Positions 38,882 to 49,800 of a stretch of 64,000 bases of DNA are shown here, one piece after another; within the stretch, counting starts at the first letter, position 1; each line of letters opens with the position of its first letter. The position numbers and the translations under genes were made by a program. The notes under the pieces were generated by a model. The model did not search any database, was not told the DNA's origin, and was given only the letters and a program-made list of their open reading frames with translations. Origin of the DNA: Nanobdellota archaeon (GTDB lineage Archaea > Nanobdellota > Nanobdellia > Pacearchaeales > GW2011-AR1); assembly GCA_038045705.1 (NCBI GenBank), contig JBBSXO010000003.1, forward strand, positions 96,001 to 160,000, read 5' to 3'.

Positions 38882-39625
38882 TTAACCAATCAACTTCTTC
38901 CAAAACCCTGGTTCTTTATAACTAACTCCTGCAATCTTAGCAGCAATTCTTTTGTAAGCTAAAGCAGATTTTGTATATGGATACATATGAATAACAGCAT
39001 CTTTATGTCTCAAAGAAGCTAATATCTTTTTATCTTCAGGAATAACACCTAATATCGGCAAATCAAGCATTTCCTTAATATTAGAAATAGACATCTCATG
39101 AGTATTTCCAGAGACTCTAGTAACTATAACTCCCCTCACTTTTTTTCCCAACTCTTGAGCTAACCTAGCAGTTTTCAAAGCATCTGTAACAGCAGTAATT
39201 TCCGGGTTAGTAACTATAACAAGTTCATCAGCAGCTTCTATCGAAGCAACAGCCTCATCTCCCAAACCAGCAGCTGAATCAAGTAAAACAAAATCAGCCA
39301 TTCCTCTAAGTTTTTTAGCAACATCAGTCAATTTACTATGATTAATTTTTCTAAGTTCTTTAACAGAAAGTGAAGAAGGAATAACCTTAGTTCCAGAATC
39401 ATGCTCATAAATAGCATCTCCTACTTTAGCTTTTCCTTGCATAACATGATTTAAATTAACAGGAACAATTGGAGCCCCAAGATGCAATCCAACATTAGGA
39501 GTAGTCAAATTAGCATCAACAATTATGACTTCTTTATTTAAAGCATTTAAAGCGGCGCCTAAATTTATAGTAGTAGTCGTCTTACCAACGCCACCTTTTC
39601 CAGATGTAACTGTTATTACTGCCAT
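38882..39625 (-). CDS. minD: MinD/ParA family ATPase
   Basis: SGKGGVGKTT, DANL, LLDSAAGLG; C-terminal amphipathic GFWKKLIG. Confidence 0.9.
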   Translation of the reverse strand: MAVITVTSGKGGVGKTTTTINLGAALNALNKEVIIVDANLTTPNVGLHLGAPIVPVNLNHVMQGKAKVGDAIYEHDSGTKVIPSSLSVKELRKINHSKLTDVAKKLRGMADFVLLDSAAGLGDEAVASIEAADELVIVTNPEITAVTDALKTARLAQELGKKVRGVIVTRVSGNTHEMSISNIKEMLDLPILGVIPEDKKILASLRHKDAVIHMYPYTKSALAYKRIAAKIAGVSYKEPGFWKKLIG

Positions 39626-39656
39626 TTGAATTTAAAATCACTTTAATAAAAGACAA

Positions 39657-40082
39657 TTACTTGAGATAGCTTATAAACCTTTCTAGAATTTGCGAATATA
39701 TTGCAAGTTGTTCGAGGTTAATATTAACAATTTTAGTTTTGTAAGTAACTCTTAAATTAACTCCTTTTCGAAATTCACTTTCTCTCATTTTCTCAAGGTT
39801 TTCAATGTCTCTAAAAAATTCATACAAATCAAGTGCTTCAATGATAACTGGTTCGTTAGCATAAATTTTCCTCAACTGAATAACCTTGGCTCTAGGCGCA
39901 TCAGGTACCGGTTTCCAAGACTTCCCAGCCTTTTTAATTAAAAAACCAAAAGAAGTATCAACCATAATTTTCCATCTGGAAAGTAAATTCAAAATAACAT
40001 CACAAGTCTTTGTATATTTTAAGCTAACATAAAGTAAATGGTCTGCGCTAATTTTCTCCTTAATAATATCTTCAATCAACAT
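39657..40082 (-). CDS. Hypothetical protein
   Basis: ADHLLYVSLKYTKT; lies in the minD-NAC gene run. Confidence 0.7.
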   Translation of the reverse strand: MLIEDIIKEKISADHLLYVSLKYTKTCDVILNLLSRWKIMVDTSFGFLIKKAGKSWKPVPDAPRAKVIQLRKIYANEPVIIEALDLYEFFRDIENLEKMRESEFRKGVNLRVTYKTKIVNINLEQLAIYSQILERFISYLK

Positions 40083-40162
40083 AAATAGCAATTCCTAAGG
40101 ACAAGACTATGTTAAAAGTTCTTTTTATACCTTTCTACTTATAAACTTTATAAAGGGATATA

Positions 40163-40495
40163 TCACTCAGAAGAAAGTTCAATTATTGTTTGAGCTATAT
40201 CCCCCTCATTCCTTTCAAGAGCACTCTTTGATCCATCATAATCTTTTCCAGTTTTTTCCATAATTAAACGAATATCTTCTTCGGAAATACCTATCTCCTC
40301 TTCATTAGCCTCTCCAGATATTTGCCATGTTTGTTGACCTTGCATAGTTACTTTAACAACAGAAGGATTTTCAATCACAATCTTAGATCCATCATTTTTC
40401 TCAATAACAACACGAGAAGCATCAACTTCATCTTGTTTAATACCCATCTGCTTCATCATAGCTTGCATCTTCTTAGGGTCAATTCCGCCAAACAT
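40163..40495 (-). CDS. nac: Nascent polypeptide-associated complex protein
   Basis: DPKKMQAMMKQMGI; C-terminal UBA-like domain (GDIAQTIIEL). Confidence 0.95.
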   Translation of the reverse strand: MFGGIDPKKMQAMMKQMGIKQDEVDASRVVIEKNDGSKIVIENPSVVKVTMQGQQTWQISGEANEEEIGISEEDIRLIMEKTGKDYDGSKSALERNEGDIAQTIIELSSE

Positions 40496-40516
40496 GTTCC
40501 AAAATCACAAACAAAC

Positions 40517-41119
40517 CTATTTATAGGTTTCTAAAAAATCAGCAAGAGCATTCCCAATCAATGTGGGGGGAAATGAAGGAGCATCAATTCCAAGAGTATT
40601 AACTTCTTTAGGAGAAAGAGGCACATGAACAAAAACAGTTTTAGAATTTAGATTTTTATCAGAAACTAATTTTAAACATCTAAAATAAGCATTATTACAG
40701 ATATAAGTTCCAGCAAAAAAAGATAAATCGCAAGGTATATCCAATTTCTTCAAATGGTTTACTAACATTTCACAATTAAATTTGGTTTTAATAGCGTCAG
40801 CTCCAGAGATTATTTTTTTATTAGTAAAAATCTTTCCCTTCTCATCACCCCTAGGTTCATGAATTACATTTAAAGCAATACTTTCAACAGTAATTTTGTT
40901 TCTTTTAGAAGCACCTAAACCTAATATAAAATAAGGTTCAAATTCTAAAATCACTTTTTCTAAATTTCTCTCAAATCCATAATCAACTGAAAAGATCTCA
41001 AGTCTTATATTGATTCCATTTTTGCCTTTAAGAGAGTCATAAATAATTTTTCCAACTTCAGCAGATGGATTAGTATTCAGTTTATCAAATTTCTTGAAAG
41101 CATAAACTAAAATCTTCAT
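40517..41119 (-). CDS. pcp: Pyroglutamyl peptidase I (C15)
   Basis: NPS, VESIALN, AGTYICN, FVHVP (catalytic E/C/H). Confidence 0.9.
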   Translation of the reverse strand: MKILVYAFKKFDKLNTNPSAEVGKIIYDSLKGKNGINIRLEIFSVDYGFERNLEKVILEFEPYFILGLGASKRNKITVESIALNVIHEPRGDEKGKIFTNKKIISGADAIKTKFNCEMLVNHLKKLDIPCDLSFFAGTYICNNAYFRCLKLVSDKNLNSKTVFVHVPLSPKEVNTLGIDAPSFPPTLIGNALADFLETYK

Positions 41120-41163
41120 AAATTCCAACAAAAAGTTATATTAATATAACTTCCTATTACCCT

Positions 41164-41376
41164 TCACTTCTTCATAGGTAAAATAACCTTAGTCCCACAC
41201 TCTGAACAAAACTTAACATTATCTTGCAAAACTATTTGACATCCAGAACATCTAACAGGTTCAACCTTTCTTTCAATTACTGTCTTATAGCCTTTCTTTC
41301 CAGATAGTAAAAAACCAAAAGCCTCTGCAACAGCATCACTATTCATCTGATCACGCAAATCTCTTCCACTAGTCAT
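41164..41376 (-). CDS. Small zinc-ribbon protein
   Basis: CSGC...KFCSECG; SD AGGTGA upstream. Confidence 0.8.
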   Translation of the reverse strand: MTSGRDLRDQMNSDAVAEAFGFLLSGKKGYKTVIERKVEPVRCSGCQIVLQDNVKFCSECGTKVILPMKK

Positions 41377-41504
41377 TATAAATCACCTGCACAACGAAAA
41401 AACAATTCATTATTTAAACTTTGTTCAAGAATTATACAAAGTTTATGCTTGACAACATCAGTTGGCATTGTTTAAACTTTATTCCAAATTATCATCGAGC
41501 TCAA

Positions 41505-41672
41505 TTAAACAATCGGCCAAAAGACTTTTAAAACAATTACAAAAGAAATAACTGCAACTAGAAAAGCAACAACTGCTCTTGGAGAGATCATAAACTTACT
41601 AGAATACTCAGAATCATAGCGCATTATTCCACCAAATGCTCCAGGCATTTGTATTTGATTTTGTTGAGCCAT
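41505..41672 (-). CDS. Preprotein translocase subunit Sec61-beta (absent from the ORF track)
   Basis: MAQQNQIQMPGAFGGIMRYDSEYSSKFMISPRAVVAFLVAVISFVIVLKVFWPIV; GxxRY..I.P plus TM pattern. Confidence 0.88.
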   Translation of the reverse strand: MAQQNQIQMPGAFGGIMRYDSEYSSKFMISPRAVVAFLVAVISFVIVLKVFWPIV

Positions 41673-41745
41673 AAAAAATAAAGCAAAAAACAGTATAAAA
41701 ACCTTATTAAGATAGTTATTTAAACAAAATAAGGTAAATTACATC

Positions 41746-41928
41746 ATGACTAAAAATAAACCAAAAGATACAAATAGTTACAAGGGATGGTTAAACTCAG
41801 ACAGTTTTCTTAAGAGGGCATTTGCAATATCTGGATATAGTTTTATCCCAGTTTTAATATTCTATGGAATAATCATAATTTTATTTATTATTATATTTTT
41901 GATATTTTTAGCATTCAATATTAATTAG
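41746..41928 (+). CDS. Small membrane protein
   Basis: GWLNSDSFLKRAFA plus C-terminal TM. Confidence 0.7.
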   Translation: MTKNKPKDTNSYKGWLNSDSFLKRAFAISGYSFIPVLIFYGIIIILFIIIFLIFLAFNIN

Positions 41929-42533
41929 ATTTTCTTTATATTTTCAAGCAACTCATTCTTCTTTTTTCTTGAAGTATATTTCTTACCAAACCTAACAAGA
42001 GTAGGATTCACTTGAGACCAATATTTAGGAGGAAATAGTTTCTTCAGATCAGCTTCAACTTTATGAGGATTATTTGCCTTGCTCCAACCAAGTTTTCTCG
42101 CCAAGTAAAACACATGAGTATCAACAGCAAGCCCATATTTACCATGTTCAGACAAAAACACATTAGCGGTCTTTCTACCAACACCAGGCAACTCAATTAA
42201 CTTATCCAAATCATGAGGAATTTTACCATTATAATTTTTAATCAATTCATTAGAACAAGAAATAACATTTTTTGCTTTTCCCTTATTTAAGTTTAGTCTT
42301 CTAAAAATATACAAGACATCCTTATATCTAGATTTAGAAAGTTTCTCAAGTGAATCATATGTATTAAACAAAGTCTGAGCAATAGGAATTGTAGTCTCAT
42401 CCCTAGACTGTGCACTCATAATAGTAGCAATCAGGCATTTCCACTCACTACCCCATCCTTCAGCAGCAAGCCTCATGCTTCCGCCAAGTCTTTCTAGTTC
42501 ACTTAATTGCCTTAAAGCACGTTTTAAATCCAT
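41925..42533 (-). CDS. nth: Endonuclease III (HhH-GPD), lacking Fe-S cluster motif
   Basis: LIATIMSAQ, LPGVGRKTANV, AVDTHV. Confidence 0.92.
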   Translation of the reverse strand: MDLKRALRQLSELERLGGSMRLAAEGWGSEWKCLIATIMSAQSRDETTIPIAQTLFNTYDSLEKLSKSRYKDVLYIFRRLNLNKGKAKNVISCSNELIKNYNGKIPHDLDKLIELPGVGRKTANVFLSEHGKYGLAVDTHVFYLARKLGWSKANNPHKVEADLKKLFPPKYWSQVNPTLVRFGKKYTSRKKKNELLENIKKI

Positions 42534-42582
42534 AAGAATTGAAAGCACAAAACCTTAAAATACGTTTCTCCTTGCTCAATAT

Positions 42583-44955
42583 ATGGAACCAAAGCTATCA
42601 GAAATTAAGAATTGGTCAATAGAATTAGAAGATAAAATAACTACATTATGGAAAAATAAAGAATTATTTACATTTAATCCTGACACAAAAAAGAAGATCT
42701 ACTCAATAGACACTCCTCCTCCATATGTTAATACTCCAATTCATATTGGTCATGCAACAACTTATACTTACATGGACTTTTTTGCAAGATACAAAAGAAT
42801 GAAGGGTTTTGAAGTTCTTTTCCCCCTAGGACTAGATAGAAATGGTCTTCCAATAGAATTAGCGACAGAAAAGAAATTCAATGTATCTCCTTTCAAAATA
42901 GGCAGGGAACAATTTATAGAATATTGCAAAAAACTATTACAAGAAGCATCAGAAGAATCAATTCATTCTTTTGCAAAGCTTGGACACTCATATTCATCAT
43001 ATAAAAAAGGCAATAAACTAGGGGAAATTTATTATACAGATTCTCCAGAATATAGAAAAATAACACAAGATACATTTATTGACCTGTTCCATAAAGGTCT
43101 GATCTATGAAGATGAGAGAATAAATAATTGGGACATAAAACTTCAAACAACAGTAGCCGATTCAGAGATAGAATATAAAGAAATTCCGTCTAAATTTAAT
43201 CATATAGAATGGAAAGTAGAAAAATCAAAAGAAAAAATAGTAGTTGCCACGACAAGACCAGAATTACTATGCACTTGTGCAATGGTTATCTATAATCCAG
43301 AAGATAAAAGATATAGCCATCTAAAAGGAAAAAAAGCAATAGTTCCTATATTTGGTCATGTTGTTCCAATACAAGAACATCCATTTGCTCAAATGGATAA
43401 AGGAACAGGATTAGTAATGATGTGTTCTACAGGAGATGTTACAGACATCCAATTCTTTAGAGAAATGAAAATAAAACCAAAAATAGCAATTACAAAAGAA
43501 GGAAGAATGAATGAACATGCTTCTCAATTTAGCGGATTAAAAGTCAAGGAAGCAAGAGAAAAGACAATAGAAGAATTACAAAAACAAGACTTAATAGTAA
43601 AACAAGAAAACATCATTCATAGAACTCCGACTTCAGAAAGGTCAAGTGCAGAGATAGAATTCATACAAATGCCTGAGTATTATCTTAAGCAATTAGAAAC
43701 ATTACCGAAACTAAAAAAAGAAATTAATAAGATAAAATTCTACCCTAAACAATCAAAAGAAATTTTAACTAAATGGATAGATTCTATTTCTATTGATTGG
43801 CCAATATCTAGAAGAAGGTTTTACGCTACTCCTATTCCATTGTGGAGATCAGGCAACTTAATAGCTGTTCCTCCAAAAGGAAAATATTATGAGCCTACAA
43901 AAGAAAATGTTCCAAAAGATGCAACAGTATATGAAAAAGATAAAAAAATAGGTAATGTAAGCGATTTCAAAAACAAAATTTGGATCGGTGAAGAAAAGGT
44001 ATTTGATACATGGTTTGATTCTTCAATTTCAGAACTAAATATCATTCAATATCCTTCAGAATTTGCAAAGAAAGCATATCCAATTTCATTAAGACCACAA
44101 GGTAAAGAGATAGTTAGAACTTGGCTTTATTATTCTTTACTTAGGGGTTATTTGGAAACCAGTAAACTACCTTTTGAGAGTGTTTGGATACATCAACATA
44201 TAGTAGATACCCAAGGAAGAAAAATGTCTAAATCTGTAGGAAATGTAATAGATCCTAAAGAAATACTAAAACTTCATGGATCTGAAAGTTTCAGGTTCTG
44301 GGCAGCACTAGAAGGAAACCTTGCAGAGCAGGATCTAAAATGTTCAATGGATAGAATAGGCGCAGAAACAAAAACAATAAACAAATTACTCAATTTAGCA
44401 AGATTTGTTACGCAATTCAAAAAACCGTCCAAAATAAATTTAACTAAAACAGATGATAATTTCATAAATTATATAGACGCAGAAACAATAAAGGTAGATG
44501 AAAATTATGAAGAATATGAATTTCATGCACCTGTTGAAAAATTAAGAAAGTTCCTTTGGGACACTTTTGCTTCACATTATGTGGAAATGATAAAGAACAG
44601 AGTTTATAATGAAAATTCTAATTTTAGTAAAGAAGAAAGCGATTCAGCAAAATACACTTTACACTATTTATTGGAAAGAATAATAACTCTATTATATCCA
44701 ATAATTCCACAAGTAACTTCAGTTATAGGAAATGAATTAGGGTTAACATTGCATAAAATAGAATTTCCAAAAGTTATAAAGCAAAAAGAAAATTCTGAAA
44801 AAATAATAGAAGAAATAATGAAGTTCAATAGTGAAGTTTGGAAACAAAAGAAAGAACAAAGTATTTCACTAAAAGAACCAATCTCAAATATCAAAATACC
44901 TTCAAACCTGAAGGACTTTGAAAAGGATCTAATAGCATGTCATAATTTAAAATGA
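42583..44955 (+). CDS. valS: Valine--tRNA ligase
   Basis: IDTPPP, HIGH, ATTRPE, DWPISR, DTWFDS, KMSKS. Confidence 0.96.
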   Translation: MEPKLSEIKNWSIELEDKITTLWKNKELFTFNPDTKKKIYSIDTPPPYVNTPIHIGHATTYTYMDFFARYKRMKGFEVLFPLGLDRNGLPIELATEKKFNVSPFKIGREQFIEYCKKLLQEASEESIHSFAKLGHSYSSYKKGNKLGEIYYTDSPEYRKITQDTFIDLFHKGLIYEDERINNWDIKLQTTVADSEIEYKEIPSKFNHIEWKVEKSKEKIVVATTRPELLCTCAMVIYNPEDKRYSHLKGKKAIVPIFGHVVPIQEHPFAQMDKGTGLVMMCSTGDVTDIQFFREMKIKPKIAITKEGRMNEHASQFSGLKVKEAREKTIEELQKQDLIVKQENIIHRTPTSERSSAEIEFIQMPEYYLKQLETLPKLKKEINKIKFYPKQSKEILTKWIDSISIDWPISRRRFYATPIPLWRSGNLIAVPPKGKYYEPTKENVPKDATVYEKDKKIGNVSDFKNKIWIGEEKVFDTWFDSSISELNIIQYPSEFAKKAYPISLRPQGKEIVRTWLYYSLLRGYLETSKLPFESVWIHQHIVDTQGRKMSKSVGNVIDPKEILKLHGSESFRFWAALEGNLAEQDLKCSMDRIGAETKTINKLLNLARFVTQFKKPSKINLTKTDDNFINYIDAETIKVDENYEEYEFHAPVEKLRKFLWDTFASHYVEMIKNRVYNENSNFSKEESDSAKYTLHYLLERIITLLYPIIPQVTSVIGNELGLTLHKIEFPKVIKQKENSEKIIEEIMKFNSEVWKQKKEQSISLKEPISNIKIPSNLKDFEKDLIACHNLK

Positions 44956-45011
44956 AAACAAAACATTTAAATATAACTTGATGTTATATTTTATTATACT
45001 CAATGTATAAC

Positions 45012-45221
45012 ATGGAAACCGAATTAAAAACTTTGGCAAGAACAAGGAGAATAGGGGGATCTCTAGTTATAACAATACCTATGGAAATAGTAAAAGAAGA
45101 ACAGCTAGAAGAAAATCAAGTAGTAGAAATTTCTGTAAAAAAATCAAGAAAAAGTTACTTTGGAGCACTCAAAGGAATAGGTCCTTTCACAAGAAAAGAT
45201 AGAATGGAAGATAGATTTTAA
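45012..45221 (+). CDS. vapB: AbrB/MazE-type antitoxin (VapB)
   Basis: RRIGGSLVITIP; translationally coupled to a PIN gene. Confidence 0.88.
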   Translation: METELKTLARTRRIGGSLVITIPMEIVKEEQLEENQVVEISVKKSRKSYFGALKGIGPFTRKDRMEDRF

Positions 45222-45604
45222 TGAAATACTTTGTTGACTCCTCCGCGTGGATAGAATATTTTAATGGAAGTTCAGCAGGCGAAAAAGTAAATGACATTAT
45301 GTTAAATGAGGAAAGCGAAATATTTATCATTAACATTAATATAGGAGAAGTCGTTAGTTTTCTAAAAAGAGAAAGCAAAAACATTGAAACCGCTTATGAA
45401 TCTATGATAAAAAGAGCAAAAATATTTGAGATAACTCCAAGGATTGCCAAAGAAGCTGGAATATTGCACGCGGAAAAAAGAATGAACAAATCAACTATTT
45501 CTTTGGCAGACACTTTAATCATTAGTGCTGCAAAATCAATAAATGCAAAAATAGTAGCTAAAGATCCTCATTTTAAAGATGTAAAAGAAGCAATTCTACT
45601 CTAA
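45221..45604 (+). CDS. vapC: PIN-domain toxin (VapC)
   Basis: VDSSAWIEY, E, SLADTLI, KDPHF. Confidence 0.92.
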   Translation: MKYFVDSSAWIEYFNGSSAGEKVNDIMLNEESEIFIININIGEVVSFLKRESKNIETAYESMIKRAKIFEITPRIAKEAGILHAEKRMNKSTISLADTLIISAAKSINAKIVAKDPHFKDVKEAILL

Positions 45605-45697
45605 TCCACAACCTTTAAAATTATCTCAAAAGTTATAATTTTAAACCTGTTAATCTCAATTAACAATGTTTAAAACACAATTTTAACACTTAATAAC

Positions 45698-46792
45698 ATG
45701 AACGACAAACAAAAACTCCAATTAGAAGAACAAATTGAAGAATTAGAATCTGTAAGAGGAAGACATACAGAATTAGTTACAGTATTAATTCCTGTTGATT
45801 TTAATATTCATAGTGTAACAAAACAACTAGAAGCAGAGCGTTCAACAGCAGATAACATTAAATCAAAAGCAACTCGTTCAGCTGTTACCGACGCTATTGA
45901 TATGATTGTACGTTTCCTTAAAGGTACAAAACAAACTCCTCCAAATGGTTTAGCTTTGTATGCAGGAAATGTTTCACAAAAAGAAGGAGTTCAAGACATG
46001 AAATTATGGTCTATTGAACCTCCTAAGCCATTAAAAGTTAGAATGTACCGCTGTGATCAAGTATTTGTAACAGAACCATTAAGAAACATGTTACAAACAG
46101 ATGAAGTCTATGGTCTTATTGTAATAGATAGGCAAGAAGCAACATTGGGATTATTAGAAGGAAAGCAGATTAAAGTTTTAAGACATCTAACTTCAGGAGT
46201 TCCAAGCAAAGTAAGAGCAGGTGGACAGAGCGCACAAAGGTTTCACAGAATTACAGAAGGTCTGGCTAAGGAATTCTTTAGACGTACAGCTGAAGCAGCA
46301 AAAGAATTGTTTTTTGAGTTACCAAGATTAAAAGGATTACTTGTTGGAGGACCAATACCTACCAAGGAAGAATTTTTAGAAGATGGGAATTTAGTTACAA
46401 AGTTGAAAGAAAAAGTAATTGCCGTAAAAGATATAGGTTACGTCGATGAACATGGATTAAAATTATTAGTGGAAGCATCTCAAGAAGACATAGCCGAACA
46501 AGAAATAATAAAAGAAAAGAAAATAATAGAAGAATTTTTCATGACATTAGGGAAATATCCTGAAAAAACAACTTATGGAGAAGAAAAAACAAAAGTTGCA
46601 TTCGAGAGAGGAGCAGTCTACAAGTTGATTTTATCAAATAAATTAGAGAAAAGTAAAATAGCAGAGTTTGAAAAATTAGCTTTAAACATAGGATCTGAAG
46701 TAAGTCTAGTTTCAGATGAAACTCCTGAAGGAGAACAATTTTTTAATATTACAAAAGGAATTGGAGCTATTTTAAGATTTCAAATAGAATAA
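45698..46792 (+). CDS. prf1: Peptide chain release factor aRF1
   Basis: NIKS, YRCDQVF, GGQSAQRF. Confidence 0.97.
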   Translation: MNDKQKLQLEEQIEELESVRGRHTELVTVLIPVDFNIHSVTKQLEAERSTADNIKSKATRSAVTDAIDMIVRFLKGTKQTPPNGLALYAGNVSQKEGVQDMKLWSIEPPKPLKVRMYRCDQVFVTEPLRNMLQTDEVYGLIVIDRQEATLGLLEGKQIKVLRHLTSGVPSKVRAGGQSAQRFHRITEGLAKEFFRRTAEAAKELFFELPRLKGLLVGGPIPTKEEFLEDGNLVTKLKEKVIAVKDIGYVDEHGLKLLVEASQEDIAEQEIIKEKKIIEEFFMTLGKYPEKTTYGEEKTKVAFERGAVYKLILSNKLEKSKIAEFEKLALNIGSEVSLVSDETPEGEQFFNITKGIGAILRFQIE

Positions 46793-46810
46793 TCTAAAAG
46801 ATAAAAACCT

Positions 46811-49800
46811 TCAATTGTAACCTGTCTTCCTAATTAATCTGTTTCCCATCAAACTCTTAAATCTCCTATGCTTTCTCACAGAATGAACTATTACTATCAT
46901 TACAATAATTATCCCAACAATAAGAGTACTCATTATTATCCAGAATACTAATCTTATTTGAGAATCAATAGGACTATCTTCAGTCAATGTTTCAGTTTCC
47001 TCCAAATCTTCATCGACTAACTGAGTTTCATCAAGCTCAATATTATCATTATCATTAGAACATCCTGTATCAGATGGATAGTCAACTAATCCATCACCAT
47101 CATTATCAACTTCATCATTACATTGAGTAACTAAAGTATTAGTTCTTCTAGGAGGACCACCAGTCCCACTTCCAGAACTACTTCCACTTCCAGATCCAGA
47201 ACTACTAGAACCAGATCCAGTCCCACACGTTCCACAATCAGAAGCACAAGAAGAACAAGTCTCACTTAATACATGACAATAATTATCTCCACAAGTAGAG
47301 TTTAGAGTACTGTAATTACTAAACCCTACAGCAGTCATCACAAATTCACCATTAGAGTAAGATAAAGGAGTACACTTTGTAGAAGGACAAGTAACATTCC
47401 CAGATGAAGTCTGAATTATAGGAACAGGAGCTTGAGTATAACTCAAGTTATAGAAAGTAACTCTAGCAGTTTGATTCAATTCAACATAACTTTCACTATA
47501 TACTCCAACTATATTACTTGCAATAGCAATAGCATTATTCAAGTTCAAAGCCTGATAAACTCCAGAAACAGATCTCCACAATGAAACCTGTTGTCCTAAG
47601 TACTGTATTCTTCCAAGTCCTGGAATTCCAATAGAAAAGTCAACAACTCTAGTCAAATCAGTAATATTAGAAATATTAGTAGTCAGATTATTATTAAATC
47701 TAGAGTAAAGAGGAATAGGACATCCACTATCTCCTACTAAATCACGAGTTCCATCACAATCATTATCCAGTCCATCTCTACACAATTCAACCCCAGTTTC
47801 AACAGTAGCATATCCTGAAATAGAATTGTAATTACATCCAGGCCAGTTATTATTAGTACAAGTCTCAAATGAATTCAGACAAACTCCTCTCTGTTCTCCA
47901 CAGTTTCTAACCTGTCCGTTAGTACAAACAGGTAAACTCAAAACAGTTAAGTTATAATTTACATTTCTAACAACTGTTCCACTTGTTCCAGTAATTATAA
48001 TACTTTGATTAGAAACCAAAGTAGCACTAGAAGAAGCAGATAAAGTAAGAGTTGAAGAGCAAGAATTTCCACTAGAAGGAGTACAACTTGTTGGATTAAA
48101 TAACGCAGAAATTCCAGCAGATAAGTTAGTAGCAGTAAATGTCACAGCAGATGAAGTTCCAGAAGTATGAGTCGCAGTAACTGTAGTAGAAACAGTGTTA
48201 CCTCTTTGTACAGATCCAGATGTAGGACTTCTAGAAATTGTAAAGTCTAATGGAGCACTTTGATTTGTAGTATTACTAGCAAGATTAGACCAACCTGAAA
48301 CACCAACACTATTATTCGCTAAAACTCTATATTCAAATGAAGTACTTGTAGGCAAACCATTATCAGTAAATGTAATTGTATTTGCAGGCAAGTTAGAAGC
48401 AGTAGACAATACATTAAAGCTACCAGAAGGTAATTGTCTTCTCTCAACTCTGAAGTTCATTTCATTATCGCTATTGTCTTTCCAATTAAGTCTCAACTGT
48501 ATAGAACTTACTGGAGTAACGTTTAAGTCAGAAGGGGAGTTAGGCAAACTCCCAGGTACACATCCCTCATCAACCTGACCATCACAGTCATTATCTAATC
48601 CATCACAAGTGCTTTCAATTACTTGATAATTAGAATTATGAGTTACATATGTAGTAGGTGAATAAGTAGGGGCACTGCATCCCCACCAATTCTTAAACTT
48701 ACAAGTCTCTCTTGATCCAGCACAAACTCCTCTCTGTTCTTGACAATTTCTTTGCGTGTTTTCAGTACAGAGATCATTAGGGTTCCATTGCCGACCATAA
48801 TCAGACCTATGAGTAACCCATAATTGGTCAAGCCATCTTCGCCAATCAGGAAATTGGGTAACACCTTCAATTTGCATATAACGATCCATATATGGGAAAT
48901 AAACATCATGATTCCAAAGATCAGTAATGCCCATAATATGAGCGGCTAAAGCATAACCAACCCATGAACTAGCAGTACAACAAATACGATAACCATTTCC
49001 AGTCCAAATAACATTATCACCTCTAGGATCGTCCCAATGATTCCAACCCCAATCAGGAAGTCCTATATCAGCAGAAGTATACCCTCCATAACCACAATTC
49101 ACACCTCCTGCAGAACATTCAGGAATAACAGAAGGAGGTGTATTTACAGGATAATTAGTTACAGCAAAAGTCTGTCCAGTATCTCCAAAATAGCCTGGAT
49201 CAGTATTATCAAAACGAATCCTAGACATACCTTGATCATTAAGCAAAGCTCCCGCAAAAAGAATTGGGAACAACCGACCGGAGCCATGGCCCCCATTAGG
49301 AAACCAAGAATCATTAACATTAACACGATTGTTAAAAGCACCATAGAAATCAATACCTAATTGAGTAAGCATAACAACTAATCTTTCTTTTTCCGCATTA
49401 GTATAATTAAGATTAACTAAAATAGCTATATAAGAAACATCTAAAGCAAAAGCTCCACCATATCCAGAGGCACCTAAAGAAGGTTGAACCCCTTCAGTTC
49501 TCCAATAATTAGTCTGAACATTAACACGTTCAAATGTTTTTTCTATCTGTGATATGTTTAAAGGAGAAGGTGGAGCGCTAGAGGGAGTTAATCTTCCCAG
49601 ACGATTATAATCTAATTGATTTTTATTAAAACGAATAGTTTTATCTGTTCCAAAATAAGTCGGTCTAAAACTATTTGCTGGAGGTACTTGAGTAAGAATA
49701 GTTAATACTGCAGCATCTCTAACAAAACCTCTTGTACATGAGAATGTAATGCTGTTAACTGCATCCCAGCCATATGTAGCTCCGCAAGTAGAAGGAGTAG

